From assembly GCA_963668695.2 (NCBI GenBank), contig CAXXLQ010000004.1, forward strand, positions 2,848,001 through 2,912,000: a DNA stretch of 64,000 nucleotides, in the 5' to 3' direction. Position 1 is the first letter of the stretch, and every line of letters starts with the position of its first letter. This DNA is from Vicinamibacteria bacterium. GTDB lineage: Bacteria; Acidobacteriota; Vicinamibacteria; Marinacidobacterales; Marinacidobacteraceae. The position numbers and the translations under genes were made by a program. A model generated the notes under the pieces. That model did no database searches and was not told the origin of the DNA. It saw only the letters and a program-made list of their open reading frames with translations. Below, in pieces: positions 34,117 through 43,222 of the stretch.

Positions 34117-34311
34117 ATGGCTGGCTTCCTCCTCTGGCTCCTGCTCTTGATCATCTGCTGGCCGCTCGCGCTGCTGGCGCTCCTGCTCTATCCGCTCGTC
34201 TGGTTGCTACTGCTCCCCTTCCGGTTGCTGGGCGTTGCCGTAGACGGGGTTTTCTCGCTGCTCGGCGCGATGCTGCGCCTGCCGGCCCGAGTGCTCGGCG
34301 GGCCCGGGTAA
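34117..34311 (+). CDS. Small hydrophobic membrane protein
   Basis: 64 aa Leu-rich ORF closely spaced between ligA and the amidase. Confidence 0.7.
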   Translation: MAGFLLWLLLLIICWPLALLALLLYPLVWLLLLPFRLLGVAVDGVFSLLGAMLRLPARVLGGPG

Positions 34312-34329
34312 GGCTCGGAGGAGGATTCG

Positions 34330-35949
34330 ATGTCCGAACTCCGGGTGGCCGCCGCCGAGGAGCGCGCCGCAGCCCTCCGGATCGAACTGGAGGCGGTGAG
34401 GCGCCTGCTCGCCGGACTGCCGGATCCTCCGGAGCCGCTCACCTCCGGCGAGCTGGCCGCGCGTGCCCTGGCTCCGGTTGCGAGGCGCCCGATCCGGCAG
34501 ATCCCGATCCGGCAGATGCCGGCCCGGCAGATCCCGACCCGGCAGATCCCCGCACCGCCGGCGGATTCCGCACCCGGGACCATCGCCGCCGCGCGGTCCG
34601 GGCTGGCTGCGGGCCGCATCTCGCCGGTGGACCTGGTGGAGGAGGCGCTCGAACGGGCGCGGGCGTCCGAAGGACTCGGGGCGTTTCTTCTCCTCCGGGA
34701 GGAGGAGGCGCTCGCCGAGGCGCGCCGCGCGACCGAGTCGTTCGCAGCGGTCGGGCGGGGCGAGGCCGGCGCGCGCCCGCTCCTCGGGATTCCGCTCAGC
34801 GTCAAGGACATCGTTGACGTTGCCGGATTGACCACCACCTCGGGGTCGAAGTTCCCGCACGAGGCGACCCGGAGCGCACCGGCCTGGCAGGCGCTCGCCG
34901 ACGCCGGGGCCATTCTGCTCGGCAAGAACAACCTGCAGGAGTTCGCCTTCGGGGTCAGCGGCGACAACCCGACCTTCGGCCGCACGCGAAACCCCCACGA
35001 TCCGGGGCGCATCCCGGGTGGGTCGTCTTCGGGTTCGGCGGTGGCGGTGGCCGCCGGCGTCGGCTACGGATCGGTCGGGAGCGACACGGGAGGCTCCATC
35101 CGGATCCCGGCGGGGCTCACCGGGGTTTTCGGATTGAAGCCGTCGTACGGCGTCGTCTCGCGGGCCGGGGTTACGCCGCTGTCGTGGAGCCTCGACCACG
35201 TCGGGCCGATCGCCCGGAGCGCGGGCGACATCGCCGCCCTCTTCGAGGCACTTTCCGCCGTGCCGGCGGTGCCGCCGCCGAGCCGTGGGCGGGAGGACTC
35301 GCAGCCGCTCGCGGGACTGCGGGTCGGAGTTCCCCTCGATTTCTTCTACACCGACCTGAGCCGGGACGCCCGCCGGGCGGCGGAGAGTGTGGTGGCGGAC
35401 CTCGTCGGGCTCGGTGCCGAACGCATCGAGGTGCGGATCCCGGAAGTGGAACTGGGCGGCGTATGCCGCAACGTGCTCGCCTTCACGGAGGCCGCGGCGG
35501 TGCATCGCGAGCGGCTCGCCGCGCGGCCGGACGACTTCAGCGAGGACGTGCGCCGGCTCCTGGAACTCGGCGGCGTGCTGTCCGCCGGCGACCTCCTCAC
35601 GGCGCTCTGCTGCCGGCGATTCGTCACCGACGCCTTCACCCGGCTGTTCGACACCGTGGACATCCTGGCGGTTCCGACCACGCCCGCGGGGGCTCCGGAA
35701 GCGGGGGAGCCGCTGCTGGCCACCGGGGAAGAGATCCGTCCCGGACTCATCCGGCTGGTCGGCCCTTTCAACTTCACGGGCCTGCCCGCGCTTCAGGTTC
35801 CGGCAGGGTTCGATGCGCTCGGGATGCCGCTCGGGGCGCAGCTCGTTGCCGGCCCCGGGCAGGACGTCACGGCGATCCGGGTGGCGGCGTGGTTGGAAAC
35901 GAGCGGCGCCATCCGGGCGCGCCCGCCGCCCTTCGGAACGTCAATCTGA
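34330..35949 (+). CDS. Amidase signature family enzyme
   Basis: VKD, GKNNLQEF, GGSSSGS, GSDTGGSIRIPA; GGAGGAGG RBS. Confidence 0.92.
   Translation: MSELRVAAAEERAAALRIELEAVRRLLAGLPDPPEPLTSGELAARALAPVARRPIRQIPIRQMPARQIPTRQIPAPPADSAPGTIAAARSGLAAGRISPVDLVEEALERARASEGLGAFLLLREEEALAEARRATESFAAVGRGEAGARPLLGIPLSVKDIVDVAGLTTTSGSKFPHEATRSAPAWQALADAGAILLGKNNLQEFAFGVSGDNPTFGRTRNPHDPGRIPGGSSSGSAVAVAAGVGYGSVGSDTGGSIRIPAGLTGVFGLKPSYGVVSRAGVTPLSWSLDHVGPIARSAGDIAALFEALSAVPAVPPPSRGREDSQPLAGLRVGVPLDFFYTDLSRDARRAAESVVADLVGLGAERIEVRIPEVELGGVCRNVLAFTEAAAVHRERLAARPDDFSEDVRRLLELGGVLSAGDLLTALCCRRFVTDAFTRLFDTVDILAVPTTPAGAPEAGEPLLATGEEIRPGLIRLVGPFNFTGLPALQVPAGFDALGMPLGAQLVAGPGQDVTAIRVAAWLETSGAIRARPPPFGTSI
34489..34551 (+). 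repeat. 15-bp in-frame tandem repeat in the amidase linker (PxRQI, about 4 units)
   Basis: CCGATCCGGCAGATC-type units encoding PIRQIPIRQMPARQIPTRQIP. Confidence 0.8.
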
Positions 35950-35953
35950 CTGC

Positions 35954-36138
35954 TAGCAGCCGGTGGGCAAAGTGACGTGAGCGCCGAGAGCGGTGAGGCG
36001 CCCGGCTGACAAGGCGCGTGAGGGAGGAATACCGGGTGTATTTCGACCGAAGCGCAACGATGAGCGGCGCGAAGCGACGCGTTTCAGCCGGGATGGATCG
36101 CCGCTCGAACGCCGTGTGGGTTTTGCCACAGGCTGCTA
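35954..36138 (-). mobile_element. MITE-like element, family A (185 bp, inverted relative to 8021)
   Basis: TA|GCAGCCGGTGG ... CCACAGGCTGC|TA; interior closely matches the reverse complement of 8021-8205. Confidence 0.8.
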
Positions 36139-36307
36139 AGCAGCGCGTTTCAGCCGGGATGGATCGCCGCTCGCTTCCGGAGCGGGGCGCTAGCACCGCG
36201 GAGACCCCGGAGCGGAAGAGACGGGGGACGGGGCTGCCCGACCCCCATCTCTGCTGGCTCGGGAACGCCGCGTGACCTTGTCTACCGGCTGCTAAATTGG
36301 GAGCAAC

Positions 36308-37105
36308 GTGCTACTGGAAAAGAAACGAGGGCTGATCGTCGGGGTCGCGAACCACCGCTCCTTTGCGTGGGGCATCGCCCGGTCTACGGCGCGCGAGGGC
36401 GCCGAGCTCGCCCTCAGCTTCCAGAACGAGCGGCTCCAGCGCAATGTGGACAAGCTGGCGGCCGGGCTCCCGGGGACCATCACCTTTCCGCTCGACGTCT
36501 CGAGCGAAGAGCAGTTGGAGCGCGCGGTCGAGACCGTCCGGGAACGTTTCGGCGGGCTTGACTTCCTGGTCCACGCCGTCGCCTACGCGCTGCGCGAGGA
36601 CCTCAAGGGCGATTTCGTTTCCACCTCCCGCGAAGGGTTCCGGGTGGCCCACGACATCTCGGTCTATTCGCTGACGGCGCTGGTCCGGCACTTCGCGCCG
36701 CTGCTCGAGGCGGACGGAGGCGGTTCGGCCCTGACCCTCAGCTACCTGGGAGGCGAGCGGGCGGTTCCCCACTACAACGTGATGGGGGTGGCCAAGGCGG
36801 CGCTCGAGTCCTCGGTCCGTTACCTGGCCAGCGACCTGGGTCCGCGCGGCGTTCGGGTGAACGCGATTTCGGCAGGCCCGGCAAAGACGCTCGCCGCCTC
36901 GGGAGTCTCCGGAATCGGAAAAATGGTGGAGCACTACCGCGAATACGCGCCGCTCCGCGCCGGCACCGATCCGATGGAAGTGGGAGACGCGGCGGCGTTC
37001 CTCCTGTCCGACGCCGCGCGCGGAATTACCGGCGAAGTGCTGCATGTGGACAGCGGATTTCACGCGCTGGGCGCGACGATTCCCGGATTGGGCGTTGGGG
37101 CCTAG
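36308..37105 (+). CDS. fabI: Enoyl-ACP reductase
   Basis: GVANHRSFAWGIA, DISVYS, LSYLG, YNVMGVAKAALE, VNAISAGP.KTLA. Confidence 0.95.
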   Translation: MLLEKKRGLIVGVANHRSFAWGIARSTAREGAELALSFQNERLQRNVDKLAAGLPGTITFPLDVSSEEQLERAVETVRERFGGLDFLVHAVAYALREDLKGDFVSTSREGFRVAHDISVYSLTALVRHFAPLLEADGGGSALTLSYLGGERAVPHYNVMGVAKAALESSVRYLASDLGPRGVRVNAISAGPAKTLAASGVSGIGKMVEHYREYAPLRAGTDPMEVGDAAAFLLSDAARGITGEVLHVDSGFHALGATIPGLGVGA

Positions 37106-37116
37106 CGGACAAGGCG

Positions 37117-38412
37117 ATGACCGATCCGACCCGGAACGCTGAAGAGCGGGGAGATCCGCGATTTCCGACGGGGAACGGCAACGTTCCCACCACGAAGGCG
37201 CTGATTTACGACTGGAATCGGCCGGATCCCGACAACGCCTGGTTCCCGCCCAAACCGGTCCTGCTGAACGACGAGACGCTCCGGGACGGGCTCCAGAGCC
37301 CGTCGGTCGTGTCGCCCTCGCTCGAGAACAAGGCGAAGGTGCTCCACCTGATGGAGTCGCTGGGGATTCACTCGGCCGACATCGGGCTTCCCGCCGCCGG
37401 CCCGCACGTGGAGGAGCAGGTCCTGCATCTCGCCCGGGAGATCGTGGACAACCGGATGAAAATTCGTCCCAACTGCGCGGCGCGCACGGTCATCTCCGAC
37501 ATCGAGCCGATTGCGCGGGTGGCCGACAAGGTCGGCATACCGATCGAGGTCGCGATGTTCATCGGGTCGAGTCCCATCCGCCAGTACGCCGAGGATTGGA
37601 ACCTCGATCTGCTGCTCCGCCACACCGAAAAGGCGGTGTCGTGGGCGGTCGCCCACGGCGTGCCGCCGATGTATGTGACCGAGGACACCACCAGGGCGCG
37701 TCCCGAGAGCATCCGCCGGCTCTACACGGCGGCGATCGAGGCGGGGGCGCGGCGCGTGGTGGTCTGCGACACCGTGGGGCACGCAACCCCGGACGGAGTC
37801 ACGCGCCTGCTGCGTTTCGTTCGCGGGGTGATCGATGACACCGGAGAGGACGTCCAGCTCGACTGGCACGGGCACCGGGACCGGGGACTGTCCGTCCCGA
37901 ACAGCCTCACCGCGATCGAAGCCGGCGCCGACTGCGTTCACGGGACCGCGATCGGCATCGGGGAGCGCTGCGGCAACGCGCCGATGGATCAGTTGCTCGT
38001 GAACCTGCGCCTCCTCGGGTGGATCGACAACGACCTGACCCACCTGGCCGACTATTGCCAGACGGTTGCCGAAGCCACTTCGACCCGCATCCCGCCCGGC
38101 TATCCGGTGGTTGGGAAGGACGCCTTTCGGACGGGGACCGGCGTGCACGCCGCGGCCATCATCAAGGCGATGGCCAAGGGCGACGAATGGCTGGCGGACC
38201 GCGTCTATTCGGGCGTCCCGGCCGGGGACTACGGCCTCCACCAACAAGTCGAGGTCGGCCCCATGAGCGGCCTTTCGAACGTCATCTACTGGCTGCAAAA
38301 GCATGGACACGAGCCGACCGACGAGTTGAAGCACCGGATCTTTCGCGCGGCCAAGGACGCGCGACGGCTGCTGACCGATGACGAAATCGAGGCGCTGATC
38401 GCGTCCCCCTGA
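37117..38412 (+). CDS. LeuA family (2-isopropylmalate/homocitrate synthase-like) DRE-TIM enzyme without regulatory domain
   Basis: DETLRDGLQ, EDTTR, DTVG, HGHRD, GIGERCGN, GVH. Confidence 0.85.
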   Translation: MTDPTRNAEERGDPRFPTGNGNVPTTKALIYDWNRPDPDNAWFPPKPVLLNDETLRDGLQSPSVVSPSLENKAKVLHLMESLGIHSADIGLPAAGPHVEEQVLHLAREIVDNRMKIRPNCAARTVISDIEPIARVADKVGIPIEVAMFIGSSPIRQYAEDWNLDLLLRHTEKAVSWAVAHGVPPMYVTEDTTRARPESIRRLYTAAIEAGARRVVVCDTVGHATPDGVTRLLRFVRGVIDDTGEDVQLDWHGHRDRGLSVPNSLTAIEAGADCVHGTAIGIGERCGNAPMDQLLVNLRLLGWIDNDLTHLADYCQTVAEATSTRIPPGYPVVGKDAFRTGTGVHAAAIIKAMAKGDEWLADRVYSGVPAGDYGLHQQVEVGPMSGLSNVIYWLQKHGHEPTDELKHRIFRAAKDARRLLTDDEIEALIASP

Positions 38413-38440
38413 TCGCGTCCCCCTGATCGCGTCCCCCTGA
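38395..38440 (+). repeat. 14-bp tandem repeat x3 spanning the stop codon
   Basis: CTGATCGCGTCCCC three times, followed by CTGA. Confidence 0.9.
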
Positions 38441-38477
38441 CGGGACGCGTCGGGTTTGTCCGGCCGGCTATTGCCAC

Positions 38478-39221
38478 TAGTGTCATGTCACATGTGATAT
38501 GTCGTATTTGACGGTAGCCTGCTCGTCGCCCAACGAGGGCGAGGAGGCCGCAATCCCCGCAGGGCAACGCGGACTTCGCGGCGGCGATGGAGCGAGTGCT
38601 GGATGTCTATCGGCGTCCCTACGATGCGGCCTTTCCGGTCGTGTGCATGGACGAGACGCCCCGGCAACTGATCGGGGAGACCCGGGTGCCCATCCCGTCG
38701 GCACCGGGGCGGGCGCTGCGCCAGGACTACGAGTATCGGCGCTGCGGAACCTGCAACGTGTTCATGGCGAGCGAGCCTCTGGCTGGGCGGCGCATGACCA
38801 AGGTCACGGCCCGGCGAACCAAGACCGACTGGGCGCACTTCCTCAACGACATCGCCAAGCGGCACCCCGATGCCAAGCGGATCACGCTGGTGATGGACAA
38901 CCTCAGGCACGCACCGCCCCGGCGCCTTCTACGAGACCTTTCCCCCGGCACGAGCCAAGGCGCTGTGGGACCGCTTTGAGTTCGTCTACACCCCCAAGCA
39001 CGGCAGTTGGCTCAACGTCGCCGAGGTCGAACTCAATGTCCTGATCCGTCAGTGCCTCAACCGTCGCATTGACTCCCTCGAGACCCTGCGCGACGAGGTC
39101 GCGGCCTGGCAGGCGTCCCGAGACCGCATCCAGGCCAAGGTCAACTGGCAGTTCACCACGGACGATGCCCGCGTCAAGCTGAAACGCCTCTACCCGACAC
39201 TTGATGAATGACAGGACACTA
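38478..39221 (+). mobile_element. IS630 family insertion sequence, internally deleted
   Basis: TA|GTGTCATGTCA ... TGACAGGACAC|TA (11-bp IR, one mismatch), each end within ACTAGT. Only ~65 bp separates the left IR from the DDE domain. Confidence 0.9.
38557..39211 (+). pseudogene. IS630 transposase DDE domain, lacking the N-terminal HTH and frameshifted near 38905
   Basis: PQGNADFAAAMERVLDVY, CMDE, DYEYRRCG, VMDNL; then in a shifted frame THRPGAFYETF...YTPKHGSWLNVAEVE...VNWQFTTDDARVKLKRLYP, stop at 39211. Confidence 0.9.
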
Positions 39222-40584
39222 GTGCGACATGTTCGGCTCCAACCGAACCCGCTAGAGCGACATGTTCCCGGGCAGATCCTGCTAGTGCGACATGTTCCGA
39301 TCCAGCCGGCCCGGCTAGTGCGACATGTTCCCCCGGGCAGATCCGGCTACTGCGACATGTTCGGCTCCAGCCGATCCCGCTACTGCGACATGTTTCCCGG
39401 GCAGATCCGGCTACTGCGACATGTTTCCCGGGCAGATCCGGCTACTGCGACATGTTCGGCTCCAGCCGATCCCGCTACTGCGACATGTTCCCCCCGTAGA
39501 TCCGGCTATTGCGACATGTTCGGCTCCAGCCGATCCCGCTAGAGCGACATGTTCCCCCCGCCGAACCGGTTAGAGCGACATGTTCGGCTCCAGCCGACCC
39601 CGCTAGAGCGACATGTTCCCCGGGCAGATCCGGTTAGTGCGACATGTTCGCCTCCAGCCGATCCCGCTAGAGCGACATGTTCCCCCCGCAGATCCGGTTA
39701 GTGCGACATGTTCGGCTCCAGCCGATCCCGCTAGAGCGACATGTTCCCCGGCAGATCCGGCTAGTGCGACATGTTCGGCTCCAGCCGATCCCGCTAGAGC
39801 GACATGTTCCCCCCGCAGAACCGGTTAGAGCGACATGTTCGGCTCCAGCCGATCCCGCTAGAGCGACATGTTCCCCGGCAGATCCCGCTAGTGCGACATG
39901 TTCGGCTCCAGCCGATCCCGCTAGAGCGACATGTTCCCCGGCAGAACCCGCTACTGCGACATGTTCGGCTCCAGCCGACCCCGCTAGAGCGACATGTTCC
40001 CCGGCAGATCCGGCTAGTGCGACATGTTCGGCTCCAGCCGACCCCGCTAGAGCGACATGTTCCCCCCGCAGATCCGGCTAGTGCGACATGTTGGGCTCCA
40101 GCCGATCCCGCTAGAGCGACATGTTCCCCGGCAGATCCCGCTAGTGCGACATGTTCGGCTCCAGCCGACCCCGCTAGAGCGACATGTTCCCCCCGCAGAT
40201 CCGGCTAGTGCGACATGTTCGGCTCCAGCCGATCCCGCTAGAGCGACATGTTCCCCGGCAGATCCGGCTAGTGCGACATGTTCGGCCCCGGCCTCCAGCG
40301 GTTAGTGCGACATGTTCGGCCCCAGCCGATCCCGCTAGAGCGACATGTTCCCCGGCAGATCCCGCTAGAGCGACATGTTCGGCTCCAGCCGATCCCGCTA
40401 GAGCGACATGTTCCCCGGCAGGCTAGAGCGACAGCCGATCCCGCTAGAGCGACATGTTCGGCTCCAGCCGATCCCGCTAGAGCGACATGTTCCCCGGCCG
40501 ATCCCGCTAGAGCGACATGTTCGGCTCCAGCCGATCCCGCTAGAGCGACATGTTCCCCCCGCAGATCCGGCTACTGCGACATGT
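39220..40584. repeat. Tandem array of about 44 units, mostly alternating 33-nt (A) and 30/31-nt (B)
   Basis: Core TA(G/C)(T/A)GCGACATGTT followed by CGGCTCCAGCCGATCCCGC (A) or C4-6 G(G)CAGATCC(G/C)GC (B); units counted by hand. Confidence 0.97.
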
Positions 40585-40698
40585 CAGGCGTCCCGAGACC
40601 GCATCCAGGCCAAGGTCAACTGGCAGTTCACCACGGACGATGCCCGCGTCAAGCTGAAACGCCTCTACCCGACACTTGATGAATGACAGGACACTAGT
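40585..40698 (+). mobile_element. Second copy of the IS630 right end (114 bp direct repeat of 39110-39223)
   Basis: CAGGCGTCCCGAGACC...GAATGACAGGACACTAGT is identical in both places. Confidence 0.95.
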
Positions 40699-40738
40699 AG
40701 CGGTCCGCCGATCCGGGGATCGCCGCTGTTCGTGGCGG

Positions 40739-41620
40739 CTACCGCCGCGAGAGGACGGTAGCCACGCCCTCGTGGATGAGACGCGCGGCGAGGATCAGCG
40801 TCCGGTGGTCGCGGTCGTCCGGACAAGCCTCCACGACATCCATCCCCAGGAGGCGGCGCCCCGAAGTTGCGATTTCCTTGACGAGCTCGAGCCCCGCCCG
40901 CGCCGACAGCCCGCCCGGAACCGGATGGGCCACCGCCGGGGCGAAGGCCGGGTCGAACCCGTCCATATCCACCGTCAGGTAGATCGCGGCACCCTCCGGG
41001 AGGTGGGACAGGAGCGCCGTTCGCCTCTCCGCCTCCCAGGCCGGAATCTGCGTGACCCGGCCACCCGACGACTCCCGGATCCCGCGCTGCACCGAGGTCT
41101 CGGTACGGACTCCGATCTGGGTGATGCTCGCCACGTGCGGCATTTCCAGCAGGCGGGCGGCAACGCAGGCGTGGGAGTCCGGGTTGCCCTCGAAGTCCGG
41201 ATACATGTCGGGATGGGCGTCCCACTGGACCACCTGGATCGGACCTCGTCCCGCGTAGGCGGCCACCAGCGCGGGGGTGATCGCGTGGTCGCCCCCGAGG
41301 ATGAAGGGAGTCCGGCCCCGTGCGAGTTCCGCCTCGATCGCGGCCCGATACCGCGCGGCGTTCTCCCGGAAACCCGCACCGTCCGGCCCCAGGTCGCCAA
41401 CGTCCGCAACACTCCCCGCGCAGTCCACCCCGCTCTCGGAGACCGGGTTGTAGCAGGCGCCGTCGTAGGCGGCGCGGATCGCGGGCGGCGCCTCGGCGCA
41501 GCGATCGCGGTAGGTGGACTGGGTCGCGTCCATGACGCCGAGCAGGGAGACGGAGGAATGTTCGGCGTCCGCGCCGGCCGCGATCAGACCCCCAAACGGG
41601 ATTCTGGTTGGTTCGTGCAC
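40739..41620 (-). CDS. Arginase/agmatinase (ureohydrolase) family protein
   Basis: DVGD, LGGDHAIT, WDAHPD, SHAC, QIGVR, VDMDGFDP.FAP, DVVE; start uncertain. Confidence 0.9.
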   Translation of the reverse strand: MHEPTRIPFGGLIAAGADAEHSSVSLLGVMDATQSTYRDRCAEAPPAIRAAYDGACYNPVSESGVDCAGSVADVGDLGPDGAGFRENAARYRAAIEAELARGRTPFILGGDHAITPALVAAYAGRGPIQVVQWDAHPDMYPDFEGNPDSHACVAARLLEMPHVASITQIGVRTETSVQRGIRESSGGRVTQIPAWEAERRTALLSHLPEGAAIYLTVDMDGFDPAFAPAVAHPVPGGLSARAGLELVKEIATSGRRLLGMDVVEACPDDRDHRTLILAARLIHEGVATVLSRR

Positions 41621-41662
41621 GCCGGTATGTTGGCAGCACGCGGCATTTAAGCTCCCGGGAAG

Positions 41663-43159
41663 ATGGCTGCTCCGCCGCGCCCCGCCGCGTCCGTGATGCT
41701 CACCCGCGGCGACGAAGTGCTCCTGGTTCGGCGCTCGCCGCGCCTCAAGGCGTTCGCGAACCTGTGGGCGTTCCCCGGCGGGACGCTTTCCGAAGGGGAT
41801 TGGGGGATCCCCGTCAGCGGCGCACCGGATGCCGAGATGGCAACCCGGATAGCGGCCGCGGTGCGCGAGGTGTTCGAGGAGACCGGGGTATTCCTGGGGC
41901 AGGGCAGGAGGCCTCTTTCGGTGTCCGACCGGGACGAACTCCGCCAGGCCCTGCTCGCCGGCGAGATTGGACTCGAGGAGGTCCTCGAAGGCTTCGGTGC
42001 GGAAATCGATGCCTCGCACTTCGCCCCGGTCGAAGAACTCGTGACGCCGGAATCGGCCCCCTTCCGGTTCGACACCCGCTTCTACCGGCTCCCGCTACCG
42101 GACGGCGCCGAACCGTCGGTGTGGCCCGGGGAGATCGTCGATCAGGCCATGCTCCGTCCCGAGGCGGCGCTCGCTCGTTGGCGCGGCGGAGAGATGGCGC
42201 TGGCGCCGCCCATCATTGGCCTCCTGGAGCGGTGGTCTCCCGACGATGGAGTCTTTCGGGATCGCAACCGGGAGGCGGCCCGCCTGCGGCCGGCGGTCCG
42301 CTATTCGCCCGGCATCGCGGTGGTCCCCTGCCGGACGCGCACTCTGCCGCCCGCGACCCACACGAACAGCGTCCTCATCGGCACCTCACGCCGCTACCTG
42401 GTGGACCCTGCCGCGGAAGACCGGGCGGAGCGGCGCGAGCTGTTCGAAATGGTCGACCGGCAGCTCGGACCGGGAGACCGGCTCGAGGCGGTTCTCGTCA
42501 CCCATCACCACCGCGACCACATCGGGTCGGTTTCCGCGGCGTCGTCACGCTATGGGGTTCCGGTCGGGGCCCATCCGGAGACCCTCGCCCGGATCCCGGC
42601 GCCTCCCGGGGGCGTCATCGAACTCGGCGAGGGAGACGCGCTCGACCTCGGAGACGCCCCCGACGGGTCGTCCGGCTGGACGCTCGGGGTGCGGTTCGTG
42701 CCCGGACACGCTCCGGGACATCTTGCCTTCGTGGAGAGCCGCTACGGAGCGATGGTGGTGGGCGACATGGTCTCCTCGCTGTCCTCCATCCTCATTTCGC
42801 CGGAAGACGGGGATCTCGGCCAATACCTGGATTCACTGCGCCGCCTGGCGGCCGAATGCCGGGGGATCGTGTACCCGGCGCACGGGGTACCGGTGGTGGC
42901 CGGCGATGAGCTGCTGGGCGGCCAGCTCCGCCACCGGGAAGCCCGCGAAGCCAGTCTGCTCGCCGCGCTGGAACCCGCGCCCGCCCGCCTTCGGGACATC
43001 GGGCTCAGGGTCTATCCGCCGGCAGAGATTCCCCGCTGGGGTCCCGCCCGCGAGCTGGCGGAGGTCGCGCTCACCTCGGGCCTTCTGAAACTGCAACGCG
43101 AAGGCCGCGCCGCCCACGACGGCGGGCAGTGGCGCCTCAGAGAAGCGGTCAGTCCGTAA
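41663..43159 (+). CDS. NUDIX hydrolase fused to MBL-fold metallo-hydrolase (LACTB2-like)
   Basis: FPGG...AAVREVFEETGV and RFDTRFY; then TLPPATHTN, THHHRDHIG, PGHAPGH, GD, PAHG. Confidence 0.88.
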   Translation: MAAPPRPAASVMLTRGDEVLLVRRSPRLKAFANLWAFPGGTLSEGDWGIPVSGAPDAEMATRIAAAVREVFEETGVFLGQGRRPLSVSDRDELRQALLAGEIGLEEVLEGFGAEIDASHFAPVEELVTPESAPFRFDTRFYRLPLPDGAEPSVWPGEIVDQAMLRPEAALARWRGGEMALAPPIIGLLERWSPDDGVFRDRNREAARLRPAVRYSPGIAVVPCRTRTLPPATHTNSVLIGTSRRYLVDPAAEDRAERRELFEMVDRQLGPGDRLEAVLVTHHHRDHIGSVSAASSRYGVPVGAHPETLARIPAPPGGVIELGEGDALDLGDAPDGSSGWTLGVRFVPGHAPGHLAFVESRYGAMVVGDMVSSLSSILISPEDGDLGQYLDSLRRLAAECRGIVYPAHGVPVVAGDELLGGQLRHREAREASLLAALEPAPARLRDIGLRVYPPAEIPRWGPARELAEVALTSGLLKLQREGRAAHDGGQWRLREAVSP

Positions 43160-43209
43160 AGACGGCGGGTCAGTCCGTAAAGACGGCGGGTCAGTCCGTA
43201 AAGACGGCG
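43147..43209 (+). repeat. 21-bp tandem repeat x3 spanning a stop codon, between convergent genes
   Basis: GGTCAGTCCGTAAAGACGGCG three times; each unit has a CCGT-AAAG-ACGG mini-hairpin. Confidence 0.9.
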
Positions 43210-43222
43210 GGGCCGCCGGGCC

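Noticed and set aside
38900-38910. Programmed frameshift in the IS630 transposase
   Set aside because: It falls inside the catalytic domain with no slippery A-run. The usual IS630 shift lies between the HTH and DDE parts, so this is a mutation or an error.
38478-39221. IS630 as the mobiliser of the family A MITEs
   Set aside because: Both use TA, but the terminal sequences (GTGTCATGTCA vs RCAGCCTGTGG) do not match, and this transposase is defective.
39220-40584. CRISPR array
   Set aside because: The constant part is only ~14-15 nt, the intervening parts are 15-19 nt and recur as two types rather than unique spacers, and no cas genes or AT-rich leader are present.
39201-40686. Repeat-protein ORFs (RHVRLQPIPLE, ADPARATCS, or AGSAGAEHVAL on the minus strand)
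   Set aside because: 31-nt units repeatedly break the frame and there is no convincing start or RBS. This would need revisiting only if the C-run lengths prove to be read errors.
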